DNA from: an uncultured delta proteobacterium
Lineage (GTDB): Bacteria > Myxococcota_A > Polyangia > Polyangiales > Polyangiaceae
Length of the DNA stretch: 64,000 nt
Assembly: GCA_963782055.1 (NCBI GenBank)
Contig: CAWAIF010000003.1
Span: 32,001-96,000, forward strand
Direction: 5' to 3'
Part shown: positions 38,266 to 49,563 of the stretch, piece after piece
Layout of the letters: the number at the start of each line of letters is the position of its first letter
Numbering within the stretch: position 1 is the stretch's first letter
Notes under the pieces: model-generated
What the model saw: the letters and a program-made list of their open reading frames with translations, nothing else
Databases searched by the model: none
Told to the model about the DNA's origin: nothing
Program-made: the position numbers and the translations under genes

Positions 38266-39288
38266 GTGCGCCTCGCGCTCTGCCTCCCCGTCTTCGCCCT
38301 GGCCCTGCTCGCCTGCTCCGAGCCGACGCACCCCCCCACGCTGGATACGGGCAAGAACATCCCCCCGCCCGGCGGCAGCACCCAGTCCGATGCCTCCGCC
38401 GATGCCGCCGCCGGCGTCCAGTCGCTCGCCACGGCCGATCACCCGCACGGCATCGCCGTCGGATCGGGATACGTGTATTTTACAAATTACGTCACCGGCG
38501 CGCCGGGCGAGGGCTGGGTGGGGAGCGTGCCCGCGGCCGGCGGCGCCTCCACCCTCGTGGCGAACAGCCTGGACGGACCGTGGGCGCTCGCCCTCACCTC
38601 CACCGACGTGGTGTTCACCACCTCCCCGGCGAGCGGCACCGGCGGTGTCTACTCCGTGCCGCAGGGGGGCGGCGCCGTCGCCGCGCTGGAGACGAACCTG
38701 CTGCTCGCGGTCGGCGTGGTCGTGGACTCGACGAACGCCTACTGGGTCGACCAGAACGGCGGGCTGGTGGTCGAGCGCGCGACACTGGACGGCGGCACGC
38801 CGCAGGAGATCGGCAACTACGGCGGCGTCGTCGATCCCGCCGGCCTGGCGCTGAGCGGCCTCGACCTCTACTTCTCCGGCTCCGGGCCCAACGGCGGCGC
38901 CTTCCACGTCGTCGCCACCGGCGACGGCGGCGTGGCCGACGTGCTCGACGCGCCCCAGTCGCTGCCCTTCGCCGGCGTCGCGGTGGACACCACCAAGGTC
39001 TACGTCGCCATCGCCGACGACACTCCGGCGGGCCAGATCCTCGCCTATCCCCGCGGCGGCGGCGTGCCCGTCGTCCTCGCCACCGGCCTCGACCGGCCCA
39101 CCAGCCTCGCGCTGGACGGCGCCAATCTGTACTTCACCAGCCCACGCGCCGGCACCGTGTCGGTCGTGTCGACCACGGGCGGGACGCCCCAGGTCGTCGC
39201 CGATGGGCTGAAGGATCCCGTTCCGCTCGCCGTGGGTGACGCCCTCTACGTCGGCGTCGACGACGCCGTCCTGCGCATTCCGAAGTAG
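38266..39288 (+). CDS. Beta-propeller lipoprotein (DUF5050/NHL-like repeats)
   Basis: Lipobox LLAC; repeated P..IAVD...VYF/W...GG units. Confidence 0.8.
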   Translation: MRLALCLPVFALALLACSEPTHPPTLDTGKNIPPPGGSTQSDASADAAAGVQSLATADHPHGIAVGSGYVYFTNYVTGAPGEGWVGSVPAAGGASTLVANSLDGPWALALTSTDVVFTTSPASGTGGVYSVPQGGGAVAALETNLLLAVGVVVDSTNAYWVDQNGGLVVERATLDGGTPQEIGNYGGVVDPAGLALSGLDLYFSGSGPNGGAFHVVATGDGGVADVLDAPQSLPFAGVAVDTTKVYVAIADDTPAGQILAYPRGGGVPVVLATGLDRPTSLALDGANLYFTSPRAGTVSVVSTTGGTPQVVADGLKDPVPLAVGDALYVGVDDAVLRIPK

Positions 39289-39412
39289 GCGCAGCCATTC
39301 GAAGTTCCACGCGGCGGGGAATATCCTGCGCCGTCAAAGGTTCTCGGGCCGGTCCGCCAAAGGTCACCATGCGGTCCGCCAACGCGGGCCCGAGCCAAGG
39401 CGGATCCCAACG

Positions 39413-39440
39413 TTGACACGAGGTGCCCCCTGGCTAGGAT
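39413..39440 (+). promoter_or_regulatory. Putative sigma-70 promoter of the ABC operon
   Basis: TTGACA-N16-TAGGAT; AGGAGG RBS before ATG 39555. Confidence 0.6.
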
Positions 39441-39554
39441 GCGCGCTCTGCAATTCCCAGCTTTTTTCGAGCTGTCGGACTGCCGGCTCGAGAGAGCCCG
39501 GTCGGGCACGATGGCTCGCCGCTCGGCTCGAAAGCCGCGCACGCAGGAGGTCGG

Positions 39555-40718
<1,164 letters not shown>

Positions 40719-40721
40719 GCC

Positions 40722-41582
40722 ATGGCAACCGACAAGACCACCTCCGTCGCAGAGCTCGGCTCCCGGTCCAAGGACCGCGACGCCGACAAGCCCAGGGCCA
40801 GGGCGACAGAGCCGGGGGGCGCCGCGGCGTCCGCCGGCTTCATGTACTCGGTCCGCAACACCCTCACGATCGCCAAGCGCGAGCTTCGCGCCTACTTCGA
40901 CTCCCTCGTCGCGTACGTCGTCATCGGCCTGAGCATGTCCCTGCTCGGCCTCTACTTCTTCTTCTACCAGGGCGGCTTCTGGCAGGTGGACCGCGCCACG
41001 ATGGCGCGCCTCTTCGACTTCGCCCCCGCCGCGCTCTGCCTCGTCATCCCGCTCGTGACCATGGGCGTGCTGGCGGAGGAGAAGCGCTCCGGCACCATCG
41101 AGCTGCTCATCACCATGCCGGTCAAGGACACCGAGGTCATCCTCGGCAAGTACCTCGCCGCGCTGGCCATGTGCACCATCCTCCTCGTCGCGACGATGAC
41201 CTACCCCGTCGCCATCTTCGTGTGGCCGTGGCACCTCGGCCCGCTCGACTGGGGTCCCGTCTGGACCGGCTACCTCGGACTGTTTCTGTACTGCGGCGCC
41301 GGCGTCGCCATCGGGATGATGTTCTCGGCCTTCACCGAGAGCCAGATCATCAGCTTCTTCGTCACCGCGGCGACGCTCACCGTCCTCTTCATCCTCGGCG
41401 TGCTCGTCCAGGATCTGCCGGGCGCGCTGGGCGACGTCGTCAGCTTCGTCAGCCTGCAGAGCCGCTTCCTGCCCTTCGCACGCGGCCTCATCGACACGCG
41501 GGCGATCGCCTACTTCGTGTCGATCGCCATCGTGTGCCTGCTCGTATCGTTCCGCTCCCTCGAGAGCAGGAAGTGGAAGTGA
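40722..41582 (+). CDS. ABC-2 permease (GldF-like)
   Basis: IAKRELRAYFDS, AEEKRSGTIELL.T.P, GKYLA, SAFTESQI, RGLID. Confidence 0.92.
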   Translation: MATDKTTSVAELGSRSKDRDADKPRARATEPGGAAASAGFMYSVRNTLTIAKRELRAYFDSLVAYVVIGLSMSLLGLYFFFYQGGFWQVDRATMARLFDFAPAALCLVIPLVTMGVLAEEKRSGTIELLITMPVKDTEVILGKYLAALAMCTILLVATMTYPVAIFVWPWHLGPLDWGPVWTGYLGLFLYCGAGVAIGMMFSAFTESQIISFFVTAATLTVLFILGVLVQDLPGALGDVVSFVSLQSRFLPFARGLIDTRAIAYFVSIAIVCLLVSFRSLESRKWK

Positions 41583-41585
41583 CCC

Positions 41586-43448
41586 ATGGCCATGGAACGT
41601 AGAACCAAAGCCGCTACCGAGAGCCTCATCCTCGTCGTCGTCATCGCCCTCATCTGCGTGGCGGTGAACGCCCTCGGCGCCTTCGGCGTGTACGCCCGCA
41701 AGGACATGACCAAGGCCGAGCGCTACACGCTGTCGGAGGGCAGCGCCCGCCTCCTGCGGTCGATGAAGCAGAACATGACCGTCGACGCCTACGTCACCAA
41801 GGGCCTGCCCAAGCTGGACGCCTTCGTGCGCGACCTGCGGGACCTGCTCCAGGAGTACAAGCAGGCGAGCGGCGGCAAGTTCGACTACACGATCATCGAG
41901 GCCAAGGACGACGACCAGAAGAAGAAGGACGCCGAGGCCGCGGGCCTCAAGGCCGTCCCCTTCGGCGAGGCCAGCGAGACCGACGAGAAGGTCGGCGTCA
42001 CGCAGGGCTACATGGGCCTCGTCTTCAAGTACGGCGTGGAGAAGGACACCATCCCCTTCCTCTCCCCGGACCAGGGCACCGGCCTGGAGTTCTGGATCAC
42101 CAACAAGATCCGCGAGCTTCGCGACCGGGGCGACAACATCAAGCACAAGATCGGCCTGCTCACCGGCGACGACGAGATGAAGCTCTCGGAGGGCAACCTC
42201 GTCCCCGGCGGCGGCGGGCAGGGCAAGCCGTCGATGCAGGACGTCATCGCGCGCAACTTCCCCTTCTACAACTTCGTCGACGTGGACCTGAAGGGCGGCG
42301 ACCAGCCCATCGATGACTCCCTCGACGGCCTGATCATCACCCAGCCGGGCAAGGACCTGAAGGAGAAGGAGCTCCGCCGCATCGACGAGTTCGTCATGAA
42401 GGGCAAGAGCCTCGCCGTCTTCGCCAGCGCGGTGAACGTGAAGCCCAGCGACGCGACGATGAACGCGACGCTGAGCACCCACGGCCTGGACAAGCTGCTG
42501 GACGGCTACGGCATCGAGCTCCGCAAGGACGTGGTGCTCGACTTCGGCCGCGCCTTCCACGTGACGATGCTCACGCAGGCGGGCCTCGCCAGCGTGCGCT
42601 TCCCGCAGCTCCTCGACGTGCTGGCGGACACGCGCTTCACCGGCGACAACCAGCTCCTCGACACCAGCTTCCCGCCCTTCTTCCGGCAGGAGCAGGTGGT
42701 GCTGCCCTTCGCCTCGTCGATCGTCCTGCACAAGGACAAGCAGCCGAACGCGTCGGACATCAAGATCGTCGCGCGCAGCTCCCCGCGGTCCATCCGCAAG
42801 ACGGACGACACGGTGGACCTCTCCCCCTTCCAGGCCTGGCGGCCCAAGGGCGAGTGGCAGCAGTTCGGCGTCGCGGCCGTCGTCGAGGGCAAGCTGAAGA
42901 GCGCCTTCCCCGCCGGCGACAAGCAGGGCGTGGACGCCGCGCCGGAGGTGCCGGAGGGCAAGAGCGCGCGCGTCTTCGTGCTCGCGTCCAGCCAGTTCAC
43001 CGCCAACCCCTTCGCCCGCGCGGGCAACGGGCAGGACATGAGCCAGTTCGGCATGCACATGCCGATGGGCGGGGACCAGAAGCTCCTGCAGATCGCCGGC
43101 CCCTACGCCGACATGTCGCGTGGCGCGGCCCCGCTGCTCTACGCGATCCTCACCGTCAAGAACACGCTGGACTGGCTGAGCGGCGACGTCGACCTGCTCG
43201 CCGTCTCGGCCAAGATCCTCAGCGACCCCGGCCTCGTCTACGGCGACGTCAGCGCGCCCAAGTTCGACGAGAACGAGACCGAGGACGACATCAAGCGCGA
43301 CGAGAAGCAGATGCGCGAGGCGCGCAAGTCCACGCAGCGCGACATCGGCCTCTTCCTCACGTTCTTCGCGCCGCTGGCCTTCATCGGCTACGGCGTCGGT
43401 CGCTGGCGCTGGCGCACCAACCGCCGTATGAACGTGAAGCTCGCCTGA
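41586..43448 (+). CDS. GldG-like ABC auxiliary protein
   Basis: DMTK..RYTLS, DLLQEY, IDEFVMKG, NTLDWL, C-terminal TM. Confidence 0.9.
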   Translation: MAMERRTKAATESLILVVVIALICVAVNALGAFGVYARKDMTKAERYTLSEGSARLLRSMKQNMTVDAYVTKGLPKLDAFVRDLRDLLQEYKQASGGKFDYTIIEAKDDDQKKKDAEAAGLKAVPFGEASETDEKVGVTQGYMGLVFKYGVEKDTIPFLSPDQGTGLEFWITNKIRELRDRGDNIKHKIGLLTGDDEMKLSEGNLVPGGGGQGKPSMQDVIARNFPFYNFVDVDLKGGDQPIDDSLDGLIITQPGKDLKEKELRRIDEFVMKGKSLAVFASAVNVKPSDATMNATLSTHGLDKLLDGYGIELRKDVVLDFGRAFHVTMLTQAGLASVRFPQLLDVLADTRFTGDNQLLDTSFPPFFRQEQVVLPFASSIVLHKDKQPNASDIKIVARSSPRSIRKTDDTVDLSPFQAWRPKGEWQQFGVAAVVEGKLKSAFPAGDKQGVDAAPEVPEGKSARVFVLASSQFTANPFARAGNGQDMSQFGMHMPMGGDQKLLQIAGPYADMSRGAAPLLYAILTVKNTLDWLSGDVDLLAVSAKILSDPGLVYGDVSAPKFDENETEDDIKRDEKQMREARKSTQRDIGLFLTFFAPLAFIGYGVGRWRWRTNRRMNVKLA

Positions 43449-43476
43449 CGCGCACCTGAACCCCAAAGAGCGAGAA

Positions 43477-44499
43477 ATGGAACGGAACGCGAAGATCGGC
43501 ATTGCCCTCGTCGTCCTCGGCGGCCTGGGGGTGGGCGTCTACTTCCAGGCGAAGAAGGACGCCAAGCTCGGGACGGAGGCCGGCAAGCCGGACCTGCCCG
43601 CGCTGGTCGCCACCGACGACGTCGACAAGATCGACATCACCAACGGCAGCAAGGGCGAGGTGGTGATCGAGAAACGCGGCGACAAGTGGGAGATCACCAA
43701 GCCCCTGGAGGTGATCGCCAACCAGCAGAACGTCAAGAGCCTGCTGGACAACCTGAAGGAGCTGAAGATCTCCGACAAGGCGGTGACCAACGCCGACCAG
43801 GAGACCATCAAGAGCTACGACCTGGGCGCCGACAAGGGCGTGCACGTCGTGACCTTCAAGGGCAAGGACAAGAAGCTGGACGCGACGTTCGGCAAGTCGG
43901 GCGGTCTGGGCGACAGCGTCATGATCCCCGGCAAGCCGGACATCTACCTCGCCAAGGGCTACTCCGGCTTCATGTACACGCGCGAGCTCAAGGACTGGCG
44001 CGACCGCGAGATCTTCAAGTTCGACGACGCCAACGCCATCTCGCTGGAGATCGAGAACAAGAACGGCAAGTTCAGCTTCACCAAGGGCGACGACAAGTGG
44101 GCCGGCACCTTCAAGGGCGCCGCCATCCCGCACTTCGACCCGCAGAAGGTGAAGACGGCCCTCGGCGCCTTCAAGAACCTCACCGCCGAGGACTTCGGCG
44201 ACGGCAAGACGCCCGCCGAGACGGGCCTCGACGCCCCCGAGGAGACGGTCACCATCGCGCTGAAGGACAACGCCGGCACCTTCACCCTCAAGGTGGGCAA
44301 GGCCGCGGGCACCGCCCACTACGCGCAGAAGGACGGCGACTCGACGATCTACACCATCGGCAGCTTCCCCTACGCGTGGGTGACGGCCGAGGAGTCCAAG
44401 TTCGAGGAGAGCGCCGACGCCGGGGCCAAGGCCGGGAGCGCCAAGCCGGCCTCGAGCTTCAAGCTCCCGCCGATGCACCCGCCGCTCAATCACCCCTAG
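43477..44499 (+). CDS. DUF4340-domain protein
   Basis: N-terminal TM; two repeated W...K..L..L...GL.P..GK units with WRDR linker; fourth gene of a Gld-like operon. Confidence 0.8.
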   Translation: MERNAKIGIALVVLGGLGVGVYFQAKKDAKLGTEAGKPDLPALVATDDVDKIDITNGSKGEVVIEKRGDKWEITKPLEVIANQQNVKSLLDNLKELKISDKAVTNADQETIKSYDLGADKGVHVVTFKGKDKKLDATFGKSGGLGDSVMIPGKPDIYLAKGYSGFMYTRELKDWRDREIFKFDDANAISLEIENKNGKFSFTKGDDKWAGTFKGAAIPHFDPQKVKTALGAFKNLTAEDFGDGKTPAETGLDAPEETVTIALKDNAGTFTLKVGKAAGTAHYAQKDGDSTIYTIGSFPYAWVTAEESKFEESADAGAKAGSAKPASSFKLPPMHPPLNHP

Positions 44500-44548
44500 C
44501 CTCTTCGGCTTCCCACGCGCGCCGGCTGGCACTACAGATCGGTCCTCG

Positions 44549-45595
44549 ATGGACCTCTTCGACAAGCTCAACGCGTACGACTACGGGGAACTGCACTTCA
44601 AGTTGGACAAGGCGACGGGCCTCCGCGCCATCGTGGCCATCCACGACACGCGCATGGGCCCCGCGCTCGGCGGGTGCCGCTTCATCCACTACGGCACCGA
44701 CGACGAGGCGCTCATCGACGCGCTGCGCCTCGCGCGCGGCATGACGTACAAGGCCGCGCTCGCCGGCCTGGCCCACGGCGGCGGCAAGAGCGTCATCATC
44801 CGCCCGCGCCAGCACTTCGATCGCGTCGCCCTCTTCCGCGCCTTCGGCAAGTTCATCGAGGACCTGCGCGGCCACTACATCACCGCGGAGGACAGCGGCA
44901 CCGGGCTGGAGGACATGGAGGTCATCCGCACGGTCACCAAGCACGTCACCGGCATCGACCCGTCCCACGGCGGCTCCGGCGACCCCTCGCCCTTCACCGC
45001 CCTGGGCGTCCGCCGCGGCATCGAGGCGGCGGTGAAGTTCAAGCTGGGCAAGGAGGCCCTCTCCGGCGTGCACGTCGCGGTGCAGGGCGTCGGCCACGTG
45101 GGCTACCACCTCTGCAAGGAGCTGCACTCGCAGGGCGCCAAGCTCACCGTGGCGGACGTCGACCCGCTCAAGAGCGAGCGCGCGCAGCGCGAGTTCGGCG
45201 CGGCCGTCACCACCATCGACACCATCGCCGCCGTTTCTTGCGACGTCTTCGCCCCGTGCGCGCTGGGCGCCGGGCTCAATGACGACACCATCCCGCAGCT
45301 CACCGCGGGCATCGTCGCCGGCGCCGCCAACAACCAGCTCGCCGAGCCGCGCCACGGCGACGATCTGCACGCCCGCGGCATCCTCTACGCGCCAGACTAC
45401 GCCATCAACGCGGGCGGCCTGGTCAACGTCGCCCAGGAGGTCCGCGGCTACGACGCCGAGGCGGCGCGCCAGAAGACACTCCAGATCTACGACACCATGA
45501 TGGAGATCTTCGAGCGCTCGAAGAAGGTGGGCGCGCCGACCTACAAGGTCGCCGACATCATGGTCGAGGAGAAGCTGGCGGCTGTGGGGCGCTAG
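44549..45595 (+). CDS. Leucine dehydrogenase (Glu/Leu/Phe/Val dehydrogenase)
   Basis: GPALGG.R, GMTYK, GGGK, TAED.GT, VQGVGHVG, PCALG, GAANNQL, PDYAINAGG. Confidence 0.95.
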   Translation: MDLFDKLNAYDYGELHFKLDKATGLRAIVAIHDTRMGPALGGCRFIHYGTDDEALIDALRLARGMTYKAALAGLAHGGGKSVIIRPRQHFDRVALFRAFGKFIEDLRGHYITAEDSGTGLEDMEVIRTVTKHVTGIDPSHGGSGDPSPFTALGVRRGIEAAVKFKLGKEALSGVHVAVQGVGHVGYHLCKELHSQGAKLTVADVDPLKSERAQREFGAAVTTIDTIAAVSCDVFAPCALGAGLNDDTIPQLTAGIVAGAANNQLAEPRHGDDLHARGILYAPDYAINAGGLVNVAQEVRGYDAEAARQKTLQIYDTMMEIFERSKKVGAPTYKVADIMVEEKLAAVGR

Positions 45596-47018
45596 CGTCC
45601 GGCGGCTTGTCCTTCAGCTTCACCCGCGGGCGTAGCTCTCGCTCGAGCACGTCCATCGGCACGTCGCCGAAGGCGAGCCACGCCGACGCGCGAGGCCCGG
45701 CGGCGGCCATTCCTTGACGCATCAACCATTCGACCGCGAGGCCGCGGCCGATCGCCTCCACCGGCCGCGTCGCCGCGAAGCGCAGCAGCCGCCCCTCGCG
45801 CTCCGGCGGGAGGAACGCCATCGGCTTGACGATCGCGTCCAGCACGCCGGTGCCCGCGCCGTGAGCCAGCGCGATGGCCCACCGCGCCGCCACCACCTGC
45901 GCCTGCATCGACATCAGGACGACGAGCTGCTGGTCGGCGGTCTGCGCCTCCTCCAGCGCGGGGCCCAGGGCGCAGATGCCCGCGCGCTCCGGCGGCGGCT
46001 GCATCCTCCGCAGCCGCGACGGCGTCTGCGGCGCGGGGCAATCGCCGGGCGTACGCAGCGCGTCGTCCACGGCCGCGGCGTAGCCCTCGTCGGTGGCCTT
46101 CACCACCATCAGGGCGTCCACTGCGGCGCGTAGCTGCCTGTCCTCCGACTCGAAGAGCCGCGAGAGGGTCTCCGGCGTGAGGGTGGTGCCCACCTGCGCG
46201 GCCAGCGCCGCGGCCACCTCCTTCCAGCGGTCCTTGCCGGCGGGCGCGACCTGCATGTTCTCGGCGGCGATGCGCAGCCGCGTCAGCGCCGCCTGGCTCC
46301 GCGGCCAACCCACCTCCACCTTCGTCTCGAGGGGGTCCAGCGCGTCCTCAAGATCCTCCCGCTCCACGAGGGAGAGGGCGCCGGCGGTGAGCGAGGCCGC
46401 CACGGCGTCCAGCCGCTTCGCCAGCCACTCGTCGCGCTGCGCGAGGGCCTGCGGCGTGCGTGGCGCCCTCCACCCGGCCACCAGCCCCCGCACCAGCGTG
46501 CCCGCGGAGCGCGGCAGCTCGCGCTCCGTCCGGAGCCGCGAGCGCTCTGCCGTGAGCCAGCGTCCGAGCAGCTCGCGCTCCAGCTCCGGCTGCAGGTGCC
46601 GTCCGGGCGCCGGGTCGGCGATCGGCCGCTTCCACCCGGCGAGCACGCCCGCCGCCGCGGTCAGCGCGCGCCCGCGAGCGTCGAAGGAGAGCACGTCGGT
46701 GCGGCCGCCCTCCACCCCCACGTCGGGGTCCTCCGCGAGGATCGCCCCGACCACCGACTTGCGAAGCTGGGCGTCGGAGGGCGAGACGCGCGCGCGCAGG
46801 GCGATGCGCGGGTCGGTCGCGGCGAGCAGCGTGACGATGCGGTCCTCGTCGGCGAGGAAGCGCCCGAGCGCGCTCCGGTCCGCCCTCGCCTCTGCCCGCG
46901 CGCGGCCGGCCTCGTGGGGCGGAGGCGCCGCCGGGCCGCACGCCGCGCACGCGACGGCGAGCAGCGCGCCGAGGATCGCCCTGGACCGCAGGCGCGCCGG
47001 TCGCGGGGACGCTCTCAA
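45558..47018 (-). CDS. Hypothetical lipoprotein
   Basis: TTG overlapping the yjbQ stop; lipobox CAAC; helical globular sequence. Confidence 0.65.
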   Translation of the reverse strand: MRASPRPARLRSRAILGALLAVACAACGPAAPPPHEAGRARAEARADRSALGRFLADEDRIVTLLAATDPRIALRARVSPSDAQLRKSVVGAILAEDPDVGVEGGRTDVLSFDARGRALTAAAGVLAGWKRPIADPAPGRHLQPELERELLGRWLTAERSRLRTERELPRSAGTLVRGLVAGWRAPRTPQALAQRDEWLAKRLDAVAASLTAGALSLVEREDLEDALDPLETKVEVGWPRSQAALTRLRIAAENMQVAPAGKDRWKEVAAALAAQVGTTLTPETLSRLFESEDRQLRAAVDALMVVKATDEGYAAAVDDALRTPGDCPAPQTPSRLRRMQPPPERAGICALGPALEEAQTADQQLVVLMSMQAQVVAARWAIALAHGAGTGVLDAIVKPMAFLPPEREGRLLRFAATRPVEAIGRGLAVEWLMRQGMAAAGPRASAWLAFGDVPMDVLERELRPRVKLKDKPPDASAPQPPASPRP

Positions 47019-47428
47019 AACCCGAGCACCTTGACGATCACCCGCTTGGGGCGCTGGCCATCGAACTCGGCGTAGAAAATGCGCTGCCACGGCCCGAGGT
47101 CCAGCCGCGCGTTGGTCACCGGCACCGTCACCTCGTGGTGCACCAGCATCGACTTCAGGTGGGCGTGCCCGTTGTCCTCGCCGGTGCGGTGGTGCAGGTA
47201 CTCCGGCCCCTCCGGCGCGAGGTGTTCCAGCCACTTCCAGATGTCGTGGTGCAGGCCGGCCTCGTCGTCGTTCACGAAGACCCCGGCGGTGATGTGCATC
47301 GCCGAGACGAGCATGAAGCCCTCCTCGATGCCGCTGCGCTCCAGGAGACCCTCCAGCGTCCCGGTGAGGTGCACCAGCTCGCGCTTCTTCTTCGTGGTGA
47401 AGGTGAGGTACTCGGTGAACGACTTCAT
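47015..47428 (-). CDS. yjbQ: YjbQ/UPF0047 (secondary thiamine-phosphate synthase family)
   Basis: HITAG...N, DNGHAHLK, LDLGPWQ.IFYAEFDG.R. Confidence 0.93.
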   Translation of the reverse strand: MKSFTEYLTFTTKKKRELVHLTGTLEGLLERSGIEEGFMLVSAMHITAGVFVNDDEAGLHHDIWKWLEHLAPEGPEYLHHRTGEDNGHAHLKSMLVHHEVTVPVTNARLDLGPWQRIFYAEFDGQRPKRVIVKVLGF

Positions 47429-47513
47429 CGCTTCCCTGGCCGCCGCGAAGCCTACTACGCCCCGGGCCGGCGGGCTTCTCTTCGGTCCTGTGGCCAGCTA
47501 CAACTACAAGGCC

Positions 47514-49532
47514 ATGGCCATGCCGTCGTCCTTCGACCTTGCTTCCCGTCCTGCGCCGGCGGCCGCCCCGGCCCCGTCGCCGGCGCGCCCGCCGGTCGCC
47601 GCGGTCGAGGCGCCCACCCCGACAGCGGAGAAGCCGATGGTGCGCGCGGCGCGTGTGGCCGAGCGCCTGGCGACACGCGCGGCACGCGCGCTGTGGCCGG
47701 CGGTGCAGAAGTTCAACGTGGCCTTCGAGCGCCCCGCGCCCCATCCGAAGTGGGCCCCCCGCCCGCTGATGAAGCGCCGCGAGAAGACCTTCCCCCAGCT
47801 CGGCTGGCCGCGCGAGACCGACTCCCTCTGCCCCCGCTGCGTCAAGGAAGTGCGCGGCGACATCCTGGACGGCGTGCGCGATCTCTCCACCCTGGTGGAC
47901 GGCAAGCCGGGGGAGATCCGCGCGACGATCCTGGAGCAGGACGGCGAGCTCCTCATGGTGAAGGAGTGCGCGAAGCACGGCCGCTTCGAGGACGTGATGA
48001 GCATCGACCCGGAGTTCACGCGGCGCATCGAGCGCCTCTACCCGGGCCGCGACTTCCTCGCGCCGCCGACGCCGCTGCGCAACCACGGCACCTCCAGCGT
48101 CAAGTACGGCCGCGGCAGCGTGCTGACGGTGGACCTGACCAACCGCTGCAACATGATGTGCGACCCGTGCTTCATGGACGCCAACCAGGTCGGCTACGTC
48201 CACGAGCTGGAGTGGCACGAGGTCCAGCAGATCCTGGACGACTCGCTCACCATCAAGCCGCGCCGGCAGCTCAGCGTGCAGTTCTCCGGCGGCGAGCCCA
48301 CGCTCTCCCCGCACTTCCTCCGCGCCGTCCAGTACGCGCGCGACGTCGGGTACTTCTGCGTGCAGTGCGCGACCAACGGCATCCGCTTCGCGCAGGACCG
48401 CGACTTCTGCGTCCAGGCGAAGGAGGCCGGCCTGCGCCTCGCGTACCTGCAGTTCGACGGCGTGACCAACGCGGCCAACGGCCACCGCAAGGTGGGCAAC
48501 CTCTTCGACGTGAAGAAGCGCGCCATCGAGAACCTGCACGCCGCCGGCGTGGACGTGGTGCTCGTCGTGACCGTCGTCAACGGGGTGAACAACGACCAGG
48601 TCGGCCCCATCCTGGACTTCGCCATCGCCAACGCCGACAAGATCACCGTCGTGTCCTTCCAGCCGGTGAGCTTCACCGGTCGCGACGAGGACATCTCCGA
48701 CGCCGATCGCGTGCGCCAGCGCTACACGCTCTCGCACCTGGCGCACGACGTGAAGGTGCAGACCGGCGTGACCGAGCCCCTGCGCGACTGGTTCCCCCTC
48801 TCGGCGATGGGTCCCTTCAGCGATCTGGCGGACCTGCTGCAGGACCCGACGATGGAGTTTGGCGCCCTCAACTGCGGCTGTCACCCCAACTGCGGGATGG
48901 GCACCATCCTCTTCGTCAACAAGAAGACCAAGCAGATGGTCCCGCTCAGCCAGTTTTTGGACATGGACCAGTTTCTGCTGGACCTGGGCGACATCAACGA
49001 CGGCGCCCAGCCGCGCCCGGTGACGATGGCGCAGACCGCGCTCGCCCTGCTCAAGAACTTCCGCCCGGACAAGGCGCCGCCCAACTACACCTTCGCCGAC
49101 CTGATCCGCCAGTTTCGCAGCCAGACGGGCACGCGCGGCAAGAAGATCGGCGAGTACGAGACCGACGCCGGCGAGTTCGAGTGGCGCGTGCTCTTCGTCG
49201 CCGGCATGTGGTTCCAGGATCTGTTCAACTACGACTTCCGCCGCACCGAGATGTGCATCATCCCCTACGGCACGCAGATGGGGGAGATCAGCTTCTGCGC
49301 CTACAACACCGGCGTCGGCTGGCGGAACGTCATCGAGAAGATGAAGGCGAACGCCTCGGTGGCGGAGTGGTACAAGACGCGCGGCCGGCACCCCGTCTAC
49401 GCGAAGAACCAGGAGCTGCCCCTGCCGGAGGAGCTCGGCACGGTCGTGATGCCGCGGTCGGCGCAGGAGCTAGAGAAGCGCGACGCCGAGAAGGCGACAC
49501 GCAAGCGGGTCCGCCTGAACATCGTCCACTGA
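47514..49532 (+). CDS. Radical SAM protein, tetraether-lipid synthase (Tes/GDGT-MAS)-like
   Basis: N-terminal CPRC...CAKHG; DLTNRCNMMCDPCF; FSGGEPT; YLQFDG; FQPVSFTGR; CGCHPNCG; MWFQD..NYD..R..MC; ISFCAYN. Confidence 0.85.
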   Translation: MAMPSSFDLASRPAPAAAPAPSPARPPVAAVEAPTPTAEKPMVRAARVAERLATRAARALWPAVQKFNVAFERPAPHPKWAPRPLMKRREKTFPQLGWPRETDSLCPRCVKEVRGDILDGVRDLSTLVDGKPGEIRATILEQDGELLMVKECAKHGRFEDVMSIDPEFTRRIERLYPGRDFLAPPTPLRNHGTSSVKYGRGSVLTVDLTNRCNMMCDPCFMDANQVGYVHELEWHEVQQILDDSLTIKPRRQLSVQFSGGEPTLSPHFLRAVQYARDVGYFCVQCATNGIRFAQDRDFCVQAKEAGLRLAYLQFDGVTNAANGHRKVGNLFDVKKRAIENLHAAGVDVVLVVTVVNGVNNDQVGPILDFAIANADKITVVSFQPVSFTGRDEDISDADRVRQRYTLSHLAHDVKVQTGVTEPLRDWFPLSAMGPFSDLADLLQDPTMEFGALNCGCHPNCGMGTILFVNKKTKQMVPLSQFLDMDQFLLDLGDINDGAQPRPVTMAQTALALLKNFRPDKAPPNYTFADLIRQFRSQTGTRGKKIGEYETDAGEFEWRVLFVAGMWFQDLFNYDFRRTEMCIIPYGTQMGEISFCAYNTGVGWRNVIEKMKANASVAEWYKTRGRHPVYAKNQELPLPEELGTVVMPRSAQELEKRDAEKATRKRVRLNIVH

Positions 49533-49563
49533 CGTCTCTCCCGGGGGAGGTCGTGACCGAGGC

